A stretch of DNA of 64,000 bases. Origin: Candidatus Kaiserbacteria bacterium. Its GTDB lineage: Bacteria > Patescibacteriota > Minisyncoccia > Phycocordibacterales > UBA2100. The position numbers and the translations under genes were made by a program. The stretch covers positions 730,274 through 794,273 of the forward strand of contig CP066682.1 in assembly GCA_016432285.1 (NCBI GenBank), read 5' to 3'. The stretch's first letter is position 1. Every line of letters begins with the position of its first letter. Below the pieces are notes generated by a model. It worked only from the letters and a program-made list of their open reading frames with translations, was not told the DNA's origin and did not search any database. Shown one piece after another: positions 1 through 9,500 of this stretch.

Positions 1-1577
1 GTTTGCCGGAATTCCGTAACGATCTGCTCGCCGTTTCCCAAGCCCGATTCCTCGATCTTGATTTTGAGCCGCTCGATTTCGCGGCGTCGTTTCTCTTGCA
101 CCGCTCTCTCCTCGGAAAGCGCGCCCTCGGGAATGCCCGCCTGCTCCCACCCGCGGACGCCGCCCCCCACGAGCGCCACGCCTTCGCGTACCTCTTCTTC
201 AAAGCGCTGCCGCGCGGCTGTCACGCTTGCGCGCGCTGCCTGGACGCTCGAGAGCTTGCCCTGCGCTTCCCGCACCGCCGACTCGAGCTCCACCAGCTCC
301 CGCTCGGCGCTGAATCCTTCTTCTCGGGTCGACGCAATTTTCTTGCGGAGATTTTCGAGATCGTCGGCGAGCGCCGATTCTTCTTGCTGTACGCGCTCGA
401 GCGACTGAGAGAGCGATTGCACCTGCTGCCGCGCCTCTTCGTTGGTGACGGGTGCGGCGCCCGAGAGACCCTCGATGAAGGACGAGATCTTTCCGCGGAT
501 CCCTTGGAGGCGGCGGCGCACGCTCGAGAGATCGTCGTCGCGCTCGATTTCGGCCACGCTCGCGTCCACTTCGCGCGCGAAGGCGCGTACGTGCGGCACC
601 GGCACGATGGCCTCGACCGTTACATTGTTGGCCTCGAGGGCCCCTTCGGCGCGGCCGAGCTCGCGCACCAACTTTTCGCTCTCGCGGCGCGCCTCGGAGA
701 GCTTGCCCTCTCGCTCAGAGAGCTTCTGCTGCAAACCGCGAAGCGCCGACTCGGCGGAGCCGCCGCCTTTGTGGCGCGCGTCGGTAACGCGCGCGCCGAG
801 CTGCTTCAGCTCGCTTTCGTGCGCCTTCACTTCCTCAAGGAGGCGCGTGTCTTCCTGCGTGATCCAGGCGCTCTCGCGCGAGAGATAGTCGTTCAGTTTG
901 TGCGAAAGCTCATCTTTCATCTCGCGCGCTTTCTCGATCTTCTCCACTTGTCCCCGCAAGAAGGTGAGGTGCGGCGCGAGCTCGCGACGAAGCGATTTGG
1001 TCTTGTCGATATTCACGCCTGTTTCCTCGAGCTTGCGCTCACTCTCCGCTTTTTTGTGCTGGTAGAGCTTGAGGCCGAGCGCGTCTTCCACCATCTCGCG
1101 GCGCTCGCGCGGCGAGGCGTTGAGGATTCGATCGGCCTCTCCCTGCGAGATGATCTGGTAGCCGGAGCCACCGATGTTGGCGCCCGCAAGGAGGCGGATC
1201 ACGTCCTTGAGCCGCACCACCGTGCCGTTCATGAGGTACTCGTTGACGCCGTCGCGGTGCACGACGCGTTCGACCACGACTTCCGGAAAGTCGATGTCGA
1301 GAAGGCGTTTGCTGTTGTCGAAGGTTACCTTCACGCTCGCCCGATTCATGCGTGAAAGCCCTGGAGAGCCGCCCCAGATAAGATCCTCACCCTTTTTGGA
1401 GCGCATCGATTTCATCGACTGCTCGCCGAGCACAAAGCGGAACGCCTCGGCCACGTTGGACTTGCCGGAGCCGTTGGGGCCGACGATCGAAGCGATCGGG
1501 GAGCCGAAAACGAGCTCCGTTTTCTTGCCGAACGACTTAAAGCCCGCGAGCTCGATCGATTTAAGACTAAGAAACAT
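1..1577 (-). CDS. smc: Chromosome segregation protein SMC, N-terminal part (gene continues beyond window start)
   Basis: Minus-strand translation from ATG at 1575-1577 reads MFLSLKSIELAGFKSFGKKTELVFGSPIASIVGPNGSGKSNVAEAFRFVLGEQS, with a Walker A GPNGSGKS motif and then long coiled-coil-like sequence. There is no stop before position 1. The listed + ORF 3..1355 is its antisense. Confidence 0.85.
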   Translation of the reverse strand, partial: MFLSLKSIELAGFKSFGKKTELVFGSPIASIVGPNGSGKSNVAEAFRFVLGEQSMKSMRSKKGEDLIWGGSPGLSRMNRASVKVTFDNSKRLLDIDFPEVVVERVVHRDGVNEYLMNGTVVRLKDVIRLLAGANIGGSGYQIISQGEADRILNASPRERREMVEDALGLKLYQHKKAESERKLEETGVNIDKTKSLRRELAPHLTFLRGQVEKIEKAREMKDELSHKLNDYLSRESAWITQEDTRLLEEVKAHESELKQLGARVTDARHKGGGSAESALRGLQQKLSEREGKLSEARRESEKLVRELGRAEGALEANNVTVEAIVPVPHVRAFAREVDASVAEIERDDDLSSVRRRLQGIRGKISSFIEGLSGAAPVTNEEARQQVQSLSQSLERVQQEESALADDLENLRKKIASTREEGFSAERELVELESAVREAQGKLSSVQAARASVTAARQRFEEEVREGVALVGGGVRGWEQAGIPEGALSEERAVQEKRRREIERLKIKIEESGLGNGEQIVTEFRQ

Positions 1578-1956
1578 TGAAGATAATTGTATCAAAAGAA
1601 TGAGGCACGGACCGTCTTCGGTCCGCGCCTCAGAAACTCATTCGGGCACTTCTACCTCGCAGCACGAAGCGAGTGGGAAGGCCGTCCGGCCGTGATCCGG
1701 CCTTCCCCGGTGCGAGTTCGGCGAATTCGGATACGCGACCGCACCACGGCCGACGTCTGTCTTCGTGCACCAGTCCGTGCCGTTCACAAGCGCGGACTGC
1801 CCGATGGGAACTTCTTCCCACCGGATTCTTTTGGTAACCGGCTTTCTCAACTTGTCCTCCCGACCTCTCGAGTGTTGAACGCGGATGACGATGGAACACA
1901 CGCAGGCGCCAGTCTGACATTCTCGCCCTCTACCTGCAAGCGCGGTCGATAAAAAA

Positions 1957-1990
1957 ATCGAGCCTCGGACCGAATTGTCCGAGGCTACAT
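1957..1990 (-). terminator. Rho-independent terminator for the 2003..2425 gene
   Basis: Hairpin gagcctcggac/gtccgaggct (1960-1988) with a run of A on the + strand at 1951-1958, which is a U-tract after the stem on the minus-strand transcript. Confidence 0.6.
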
Positions 1991-2002
1991 TGTGGCCCGC
2001 AT

Positions 2003-2425
2003 TTACGCGGCACGCCGACGTCTGCGTCGGAGCGTAATCTCGCGGGGAAAGTCGGTGGACCCGTTGAACCACGCGAACAAGGCCATCGCGAACCCGAACA
2101 ACAGCGACACGTTTTCCGGCGGAGTGGCGGTCGCCTGCCCCCACGGCGCGAAAGATACGGCCGCGAGGAATGCCAGAAAGGCGGAAATCCACGCCATCAT
2201 GGTGGCATCGGCGTACCAGCCACTGAGCAGGTTGACGAGAGATCGCATTGCGAACAAGACGCTGACGCCAAGGAGCACCGCACCGACCAAGACAGGGTCC
2301 CAGCGTTGCTCGGCAATTCCGAACCCGGCGACAACGGCAGCGACGACTCCAGCCGTGAGCACCACGGTCCAACCACCGTCAATCATCCTTCCGGAAATAA
2401 ATCCGGTTCGTTTCGTTCTCTTCAT
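2003..2425 (-). CDS. Small integral membrane protein (hypothetical)
   Basis: ATG at 2423-2425 with an AAGGA RBS about 9 nt upstream. 140 aa with several hydrophobic helices (VVLTAGVVAAVVAGFGIA, VGAVLLGVSVLFAM, AWISAFLAFLAAV). A terminator follows at 1957-1990. Confidence 0.55.
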   Translation of the reverse strand: MKRTKRTGFISGRMIDGGWTVVLTAGVVAAVVAGFGIAEQRWDPVLVGAVLLGVSVLFAMRSLVNLLSGWYADATMMAWISAFLAFLAAVSFAPWGQATATPPENVSLLFGFAMALFAWFNGSTDFPREITLRRRRRRAA

Positions 2426-2522
2426 CTGTCAAATCCTTCTGTACATGCACTTGCGAAGGCAAGTGCGTGCATGCTTTATAGCGCCACGAACCTTCCGCAG
2501 CAAGTACGAACGCTCATTCCTG

Positions 2523-2610
2523 AATACCGAGGTTTAACCTCGGTATACAGGTTTAACCTCGGTATTCACCTGGTTGTCGCCCCTCCGCACCGAGGTTTAA
2601 CCTCGGTGCG
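2523..2610. repeat. REP cluster (family 1): three palindromic copies built on cgaggtttaacctcg
   Basis: ataccgaggtttaacctcggtat (2523-2545), caggtttaacctcggtat (2547-2564) and ccgcaccgaggtttaacctcggtgcgg (2584-2610), immediately upstream of RAYT1. Confidence 0.85.
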
Positions 2611-2628
2611 GAATGGTAGTATGACGAG

Positions 2629-3303
2629 ATGAATCGCCAACCCATCGAGATCGGTGAGTGGTACCACTGCTACAACAGAGGCGTCGATAAAAGAAAAGTT
2701 TTTCTTGGACCAGGAGACTACGATCGTTTCTTGCTGCTCATGTATACGGCGAATGGTCATCTGCCCTCACACACCTTCCATCTTCGCGAAAAGCAACTAC
2801 AGAGATTCCTTGCGGAGGACAAGACGAAGCGCGACCAGATTGTGGAGATCGGAGCATATTCCCTGATGCCGAATCACTTCCACTTTGTGCTCAAGGAAAC
2901 ACGCGCGGGCGGCATCGCTCTGTTCATGCAAAAAGTACTGACCGGATACACCATGTTCTTCAACAAGAAAAACGAACGTACGGGGGCTTTATTTGCAGGG
3001 ACGTTCAAATCAAAGCACATCGACGATGACGATTACTTAAAGCTACTCATCCCCTACGTTCACCTCAACAGCGTCGAGCTGTTTGATCCCAAGTGGAAAA
3101 GCGGGAGAGGCAGCACCGCTGCCGTGCAGCAGCGAGTTTCGCAATACCCCTACTCGAGTTTGATGGATTTCATCGGCAAACCACGTCCCGAAAGGAAAAT
3201 CATTGGAGACGCGATTTTCGAACTGTATGACTCACTTCCGTCTGCACGCGAAATGCTTGACGACGCGAAGGAGTACTTCACGCAAACGAATACCGAGGTT
3301 TAA
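2629..3303 (+). CDS. REP-associated tyrosine transposase (RAYT, IS200/IS605 TnpA-like Y1 HuH family), copy 1
   Basis: 224 aa with a HuH motif (PNHFHFVLKE) and a C-terminal Tyr region (YPYSSLMDF), about 45% identical to the two other copies in the window. Flanked by cognate REPs, and its stop TAA lies in the centre of REP 3291-3311. Confidence 0.85.
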   Translation: MNRQPIEIGEWYHCYNRGVDKRKVFLGPGDYDRFLLLMYTANGHLPSHTFHLREKQLQRFLAEDKTKRDQIVEIGAYSLMPNHFHFVLKETRAGGIALFMQKVLTGYTMFFNKKNERTGALFAGTFKSKHIDDDDYLKLLIPYVHLNSVELFDPKWKSGRGSTAAVQQRVSQYPYSSLMDFIGKPRPERKIIGDAIFELYDSLPSAREMLDDAKEYFTQTNTEV

Positions 3304-3311
3304 CCTCGGTA
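3291..3311. repeat. REP (family 1) copy between convergent RAYT1 and rnc
   Basis: Perfect palindrome taccgaggtttaacctcggta. It contains the RAYT1 stop codon and abuts the rnc stop codon (3312-3314), so it probably acts as a bidirectional terminator hairpin. Confidence 0.85.
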
Positions 3312-4001
3312 CTACCAACCCTTTGCGGTCAGGGCTTTTTGTGCGGCGTCTTGTTCGGCCTCTTGCTTCGAGCGGCCTTCGCCGGAGGCGATTTTCTCCT
3401 TGCCGATATGCGCCGCCACCACGAAGCGTTTGTCGTGATCCGGGCCGCTCTGATCCACAAGCTCGTATTTCGGCGTGACGCCAAGCTGCTCCTGCGCGAT
3501 CTCCTGGAAGCGGCTCTTCGCGTCTTGCCACAAGCGCTTCGAGACCACCTCCTCGGTCTTGTGGAAAAGCTGATCCGCGATGAATTTTTTTGCGGCCTCG
3601 TAGCCGGCGTCGAGGTAGACTGCGCCGATCAGCGCTTCAAAGGCGTTGGCGAGGATGATTTGCCGCGCACGACCGGTGTCTCTCGACTCGCCGCGCGAGA
3701 GAAAGAGGTGATCGTTCATCTGGAGCACGGTTGCCGAAGCTGCGAGCGAGATCGTATTGACGAGCGCTGCCCGGTAGGCGGTGAGATCCCCTTCCGGCCG
3801 GTCGGGAAATTTGGCGTACAAAAATTCGGTAACCACGAGCTCCAGGACCGCGTCGCCCAAAAACTCCAGCCGTTCGTTGTGTTCGCGCCCGAGAGCGCGG
3901 TTTTCGTTGAGGTACGAGCGATGCGTAAACGCCTGCTCCAGGAGGCCCTTTTCCCGGAAGGTGTACCCGATCTTTTTTTCAAAACCAGCGAAGTCGGACA
4001 T
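3312..4001 (-). CDS. rnc: Ribonuclease III
   Basis: RNase III signature ERLEFLGDAVLE near the N-terminus, a C-terminal dsRBD-like region, 229 aa. Confidence 0.9.
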   Translation of the reverse strand: MSDFAGFEKKIGYTFREKGLLEQAFTHRSYLNENRALGREHNERLEFLGDAVLELVVTEFLYAKFPDRPEGDLTAYRAALVNTISLAASATVLQMNDHLFLSRGESRDTGRARQIILANAFEALIGAVYLDAGYEAAKKFIADQLFHKTEEVVSKRLWQDAKSRFQEIAQEQLGVTPKYELVDQSGPDHDKRFVVAAHIGKEKIASGEGRSKQEAEQDAAQKALTAKGW

Positions 4002-4013
4002 GGGTCGATGCTT

Positions 4014-4943
4014 CTATTTCCTGTCTCGCTGCGCGAGGAGATTGATGGCGGGAATAATGATCTTCAGCGTGTCGTCATAGAAATTGAGATCCCCCACCGC
4101 CGCAAGCGGAAACCACTGTGCGTCGTCGAGCCCGCCGGTTTGCTTCAGCTTCAGCTCGGAAAAGGGCGACTCCGCGAGGAAGTAGGTAACGTGCTTTTTC
4201 TTTTTGCCGCCCTCCACCTTGGAGTCGTTGGCCACGTACGTGTTTTCACCGAGCTTCTCCCTGATCATGATATCGAGTCCCATTTCTTCCTTGATCTCGC
4301 GCACCGCCGCCTCCTCGATCGTCTCGTCGCTGATTTCAGGCTTGTCGCCCACCTTGCCCTTCGAGATCGTCCAGTGGCCGAAGATGTCGTGCACGAATGC
4401 GAGGTATGTCTCGTCGCCGTTTTTGGCGTAGACCACGGCACCCGCGAGATGCTCCGTCAGGATCTTGCCCGACTTCGTCGCTTCCTTTTTCCTTGTGCTG
4501 CCCTCGTTTTTGCCGGGTTCCCCCAGCTCGATGTAGACGGCCCCCAAAACACCGTTGACGAATCGCCCTGAAGAGGAGCTGCCAAAAGTTTTCGCAAGCT
4601 CGATGGCCTCGTTGATCGCCACTTTGGCGGGCACTTGCGTGCGGTCGGCATAGAGGAGTTCAGAGAGGCCGAGCCGCAGCACGTTGCGGTCGATCGCCGC
4701 GATCTTTTCGAGCGGCCACTCGGGTGCCGCACGCACGATCACATCGTCGACTTCGCGCTGTTTCGCGATTGCCGTTTGGAGGACGTTTTTCATGAACGGC
4801 ATGTCCGACTCGCGCGCGCCGAACTCTTTCGCGTAGTCAGCGAGTCTTTGTACCGCTTCTTCGTTCGTCATCTTCCCTCCTCCAGCATCACGCTCGAAGA
4901 GAACCTGAAGAACGACGGAGCGGGCTAAGTGTCGATTTGCCAT
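4014..4943 (-). CDS. nusB: NusB-like antitermination domain fused to a C-terminal NUDIX hydrolase domain
   Basis: The N-terminal half carries the NusB hallmarks ARSVVLQVLFE ... VPAKVAINEAIELAKTFG ... FVNGVLG. The C-terminal half has a Nudix box GHWTISKGKVGDKPEISDETIEEAAVREIKEEMGL. A single continuous 309-aa ORF. Confidence 0.75.
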   Translation of the reverse strand: MANRHLARSVVLQVLFERDAGGGKMTNEEAVQRLADYAKEFGARESDMPFMKNVLQTAIAKQREVDDVIVRAAPEWPLEKIAAIDRNVLRLGLSELLYADRTQVPAKVAINEAIELAKTFGSSSSGRFVNGVLGAVYIELGEPGKNEGSTRKKEATKSGKILTEHLAGAVVYAKNGDETYLAFVHDIFGHWTISKGKVGDKPEISDETIEEAAVREIKEEMGLDIMIREKLGENTYVANDSKVEGGKKKKHVTYFLAESPFSELKLKQTGGLDDAQWFPLAAVGDLNFYDDTLKIIIPAINLLAQRDRK

Positions 4944-5035
4944 ACAAAAGAACGGAAAACTACTCTCACCTCTTCAGCTTACAGGAAATACATGAAAAAA
5001 CCGTAAAGAACGGCGCGAACGTGTGAATAGTGTGA

Positions 5036-5317
5036 TTATGCGGAGGTCGTCGCTTCTTCTTTCTTCGTTTCCGTTTGTGCGCCGGCGCCCGCTTGCGGCT
5101 GTTCGGCTTGACGGCGCTTTGCGCGACGTTGCTCACGCTTCGTACGAGCAACCACATCGATCACGACACGGCCGTTGTACTTGCCGCATTCGGGGCATGC
5201 ACGGTGCGGAATGCGGAGCGCGCCGCACTCGCAGGTGGCGAGCTTCTGCGCTTTCAGGGCGTGATGAGAGCGCCGCTTGGCGGTCTCGGATCGATTGCGA
5301 CGCATTCGTACGACCAT
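5036..5317 (-). CDS. rpmF: 50S ribosomal protein L32 with a K/E/A-rich C-terminal extension
   Basis: From the ATG at 5315-5317: MVVRMRRNRSETAKRRSHHALKA, then a CxxC...CxxC zinc ribbon (CECG...CPECGKYNGR) typical of L32, then an extension AKRRQAEQPQAGAGAQTETKKEE. Confidence 0.7.
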   Translation of the reverse strand: MVVRMRRNRSETAKRRSHHALKAQKLATCECGALRIPHRACPECGKYNGRVVIDVVARTKREQRRAKRRQAEQPQAGAGAQTETKKEEATTSA

Positions 5318-5433
5318 AGTCGCAGCACTATACAAAAAAAGCTCGGAATATTCAACCCCTCACACGGTTCCTCCGTTTTTTCAAAAAAGAGAAGACTGCT
5401 CTGCGTGGTATCAACGCTGCCCCGTGTGTGGGG

Positions 5434-6051
5434 TCAAGCGTGCACGGGCTGCTGCATTTTTGGGCCGATCCGCAGGCGCGAGCAGAATGAGACACGGTGC
5501 AGGTCGCTGAGACCATGGCGCGCGATCGCTCGGCGGTGCGCGAGTGTCGCGTAGCCTTTGTGCACGTCGAAGCCGTAGTCCGGATAGTGCTCCGAAAGCT
5601 CCTCCATGCGCCGATCGCGCAAGACTTTGGCCGCGATCGAGGCGAGGGAGATCACGGGCTCGGTCTCGTCGCCGCGTATGATCGTGTGCTGATCAAAAAA
5701 TTCGCGCGGAGCCCGGAGCCCGCCGTCGAGCAGTACCGTACTTTGTGCCACCTGCGGCTCCAGCGCGTAAATCGCCGAATAGAGTGCGCGACGAATCGCC
5801 GATACGATGCCGAACTCATCGATGTAGTCGCACGAGGAAAAGCGCACCGCATAGCGGATTTTGCCTCTGCTCTCGAGTACCTGCATCTGCTCGAATATCG
5901 AATCGCGCACTTGCGGCCGTAGCTGCTTCGAATCGCGTACGCCTTCGAGGAGCAACCAGTCGAAATCTTCGGGAAGAAGCACCGCGCCGACAGCCACGGG
6001 GCCCGCAAGAGGGCCGCGGCCGGCCTCATCGATGCCGATCACGTACCGCAT
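5434..6051 (-). CDS. rnhB: Ribonuclease HII
   Basis: N-terminus MRYVIGIDEAGRGPLAGPVAVGAV, the classic RNase HII catalytic motif. 205 aa. Confidence 0.9.
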   Translation of the reverse strand: MRYVIGIDEAGRGPLAGPVAVGAVLLPEDFDWLLLEGVRDSKQLRPQVRDSIFEQMQVLESRGKIRYAVRFSSCDYIDEFGIVSAIRRALYSAIYALEPQVAQSTVLLDGGLRAPREFFDQHTIIRGDETEPVISLASIAAKVLRDRRMEELSEHYPDYGFDVHKGYATLAHRRAIARHGLSDLHRVSFCSRLRIGPKMQQPVHA

Positions 6052-6124
6052 TACTCAATAAGTATAGCAATCAAAAGGGGCGGAACCGGTGGTCCGCCCC
6101 CTTCTGTTGACAACGCTCGATGCG

Positions 6125-6364
6125 TTAGCCGTTGCCGGTGTCCGGATCGCGAACACCGCGACCGGCGTGTTCACCATGGAACATGCCGCTGGTGTCCGAG
6201 GGACCTGCGGCGTCGGCCTGAACCTGCTGCTGCTGTTGTTGTTGTTGCGGCTGCGCAACAACATCGCCGGGGTGAACGCCGTAGCGCTCCTCCTCGACCG
6301 CCTGCCCTGCGCGAGCATTCTCGTCGGAGGCTGCGCGGCCTCCCTGGGACGTGTGTTTACGCAT
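6125..6364 (-). CDS. Small hypothetical protein with a poly-Gln tract
   Basis: ATG at 6362-6364 with AAGGAA 9-10 nt upstream. 79 aa containing QPQQQQQQQQVQ, encoded by a (CTG)4(TTG)4 tract on the + strand at 6228-6251. No homology recognised. Confidence 0.3.
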   Translation of the reverse strand: MRKHTSQGGRAASDENARAGQAVEEERYGVHPGDVVAQPQQQQQQQQVQADAAGPSDTSGMFHGEHAGRGVRDPDTGNG

Positions 6365-6590
6365 TTCCAAATTCCTTCTTGCAGGTTTGTTGGTCGGAGT
6401 GGGTCCGACACCGCCCGGCTACGCGTACTCTTTTGTGCCACGGTGATACTAGCCCCCACCGTGGCGGCGGTCAACGCCAAAATCCCCAGTGCTATACTCG
6501 CTTTATGAGCGTGCGCGGCTTCACCCATGTGCACCCCAGTACCACAACGCTTCGCGTTGGCTACGGGGCAGGTACCCACTCTCTTACGGT

Positions 6591-9500
6591 ATGAAAGCTG
6601 AGTTTGCGCATCTCCACACACATAGTCACTATTCCCTGCTCGAAGCACTCCCCAAAATACCTGAGCTCGTCGACGCCGCAGTAGCCGACGGACAGAGCGC
6701 GCTCGCTCTCACCGACAACGGCAACCTCTACGGCGCGATCGAGTTTTACAAGGAGGCCAAGGCAAAAGGGATCAAGCCGATCATCGGCGTCAATTTCTTT
6801 GTGGCCCCGCGCACGCGGCACGACAAAGAGCACCGCGTCGACGACGCCCTCTCGCGCCTGCTGCTCTTGGCCAAAAATCTGGAGGGCTACCGCAATCTGA
6901 TACAGCTCGTTTCGCGCTCGCATCTCGAAGGTTTCTTCGACCGCCCCCGCATTGACCGCGAGCTTATTTCGGAGCATCGCGGGGGTCTCATCGCAATCCT
7001 GCCGTCGTACGGCGGCAACCATGCGCACGCACTTCGCCATGGCGCACCCGATCGGGCGTCGCAGGAAATTGAATGGATGAAAAAAGTGTACGGCGACGAC
7101 CTCTACCTCGAGATCACCACGCACCCGGAGATCGACACGCACGAAGATGAGATGCAAAAGATCGTGGAGCTTGGGCGTGCGCAGGGCGTAAAGCTCGTGG
7201 CCGCGCACGATGTGTACTACCTTCGCGAAGACGACGGCCTCGCGAGCGATCTTGTCAACAAAATCCGCACCGGAAGTACTCTCCAGCGCGACGTCGACAC
7301 GGTGCGGCGCGACTTTTCCTTTAAGAAACAAGCAGAGATGAAAAAGCGTTTCGCAGATCTTCCGGAGGCCCTGCACAACAACGCCCGCATCGCCGACATG
7401 TGCGATCTGGAACTGACGCTCGGCTCCTGGGTCTTCCCCGATTACCCCGTGGAAAAGGGCTCGAGCCACGATGGGGAGCTGCGCTCGCTCGCGCACCAAG
7501 GATTCAAGACGCGCGGCGTGCCGGAGAGTGCAGAAAATAAGGAGCGGGTAGAGTACGAACTCTCGATCATCGCCAAAAAAGGCTACTCACCCTACTTTCT
7601 CGTGGTCGCCGACCTCTTGCGGCACGCGCGCGAAGAAGGAATCCTCACCAACACCCGTGGGTCCGCCGCCGGCTCTCTGGTCTCCTACCTCTGCGGGATT
7701 ACCACCGTGAATCCGCTGGAGTACCAGCTCCCCTTCGAGCGCTTCCTCAATCCGGAGCGCCCCTCTCCTCCCGACATCGACATGGACCTCGCCGACAACC
7801 GCCGCGACGAGCTGATCGCCTACGTGCGAAAAAAGTATGGCGAAGAGAAAGTCGCGCAGATCGGCACCTTCGGCACCATGATGGCGCGCGCCGCAGTGCG
7901 CGACGTGGCGCGCGCGCTCGGACTTTCATACGGCACGGGAGATGTGATCGCGAAAATGATCCCTTTTGGGAAGCAGGGCTTTCCCGTCTCGATCGAATCC
8001 TCGCTCCGGGACGTACCCGAGCTCGCCAAAGCGCAGAAGTCTGATCCGACAGTGCGCGAGGTGTTGGATCTCGCGCAAAAAATCGAGGGCAACGCGCGGC
8101 ACGTGGGCGTGCATGCAGCAGGCGTGGTGATCGCTCCCACTGCGGTAACGGATTTCTCACCGGTGCAGCTCGATCCGAAGGGCGGCAAGATCATCACGCA
8201 GTACGACATGTATGCGGTTGAGGAAGCGGGACTCCTCAAGTTCGACTTCCTCGGTCTCACCAACCTCTCGGTCTTGGCCGATGCGGTGTCGCGCGTGAAA
8301 GAGCGCATCGGTGTGGAGGTCGATCTCGATCGGCTCCCGCTCGACGACAAAAAAACCTTCGAGCTGCTCTCGCGCGGCGAGACGCTCGGCGTCTTCCAGC
8401 TCGCGGGAGGCGGCATGACGAGCTACCTTGTCGACCTCGAGCCTTCCTCGATCCACGACATCAACGCCATGGTGGCGCTCTACCGCCCGGGCCCCATGGC
8501 TTTTATCCCCGCGTACATCGAGCGCAAGAAAAATCCGAAGCTTGTGAAGTACCTCGATCCGCGCATGGAGCCGATTCTCAAAAAATCGTACGGCGTCATC
8601 ACCTACCAGGACGACGTCTTGGAGATCGCGATTAAGCTTGCCGGCTACTCGTGGCTTGAGGCGGACGGTTTCCGCAAGGCCATGGGCAAGAAGATCCCGA
8701 AGGAGATGGCCGCACAGAAGGAGAAATTTACCAAAGGCTGCGTTGCGGGCGGCATGAAAAAGGAGACTGTGCAGAAAATCTGGGAGCAGATCGAGACATT
8801 CGCCGCCTACGGCTTCAACAAGGCGCACGCCGCAAGCTACGGCAACCTTGCCTACAAGACCGCGTACATGAAGGCCAACTTCGCGGTCGATTACATGGCC
8901 GCGCTCCTCACGGCCGACGCGGGCGACGTGGAGAAGATTTCGGAAGCTGTGGCGGAGTGCAAGCGCCTGGAGATCACCGTGTGGCCGCCGTCGGTCAAGG
9001 AGAGCGCGGGCACTTTCACGGTGATCGACGACAAGAATATCCGCTTCGGACTCTACTCGATCAAAAACTTCGGCACCGGCGTCGCTGATTCGATCATCGC
9101 GGCACGCCAAAAAGACGGGCCCTTCAAAGACATTGCCGACTTTCTTTCGCGTGTTACCGACAAGAATCTCAACCGCAAATCACTCGAGTCGCTGATCCAG
9201 TGCGGCGCCTTCGACGACATGGGGATCACGCGCGGCGAGCTGATGGCCAACATCGAGACACTGCTCACCTTCCACCGTGAGCACCTCAAAGCGCCGCAAG
9301 ACCAGGGCTCGCTTTTCGGCGCGCTCGCTCCTGCGAAGATCTCGCTCTCGCTCGAAAAAGCGCAGCCGGTACCGCTCGACGTGCTGCTCGAATGGGAGAA
9401 GGAGCTCCTCGGGCTCTACGTGTCGGGCCACCCGCTCGACAAGCACAAAGATAAGCTCACGCGCCAGAAGATGGACATCAAAACCGGCAAGGAAAAGTTC

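Noticed and set aside
3-1355. 450-aa + strand ORF at the window start
   Set aside because: It is antisense to the clearly identifiable smc N-terminus (Walker A GPNGSGKS on the minus strand). Its R/L/A-rich low-complexity translation is typical of high-GC antisense frames.
1630-2372. Minus-strand ORFs 1630..1920 and 1638..2372
   Set aside because: They are Arg-rich and have no RBS or motif. The longer one overlaps the credible membrane-protein gene 2003..2425 in another frame.
3339-4571. 410-aa + ORF
   Set aside because: Antisense to rnc and the NusB-Nudix gene.
6489-6590. Upstream extension of the dnaE ORF (MLYSLYERARLHP...)
   Set aside because: The conserved DnaE PHP N-terminus begins at M 6591. 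The extension would run through the promoter region.
7820-9110. Minus-strand ORFs of 198 and 317 aa inside dnaE
   Set aside because: Antisense to a strongly supported dnaE.
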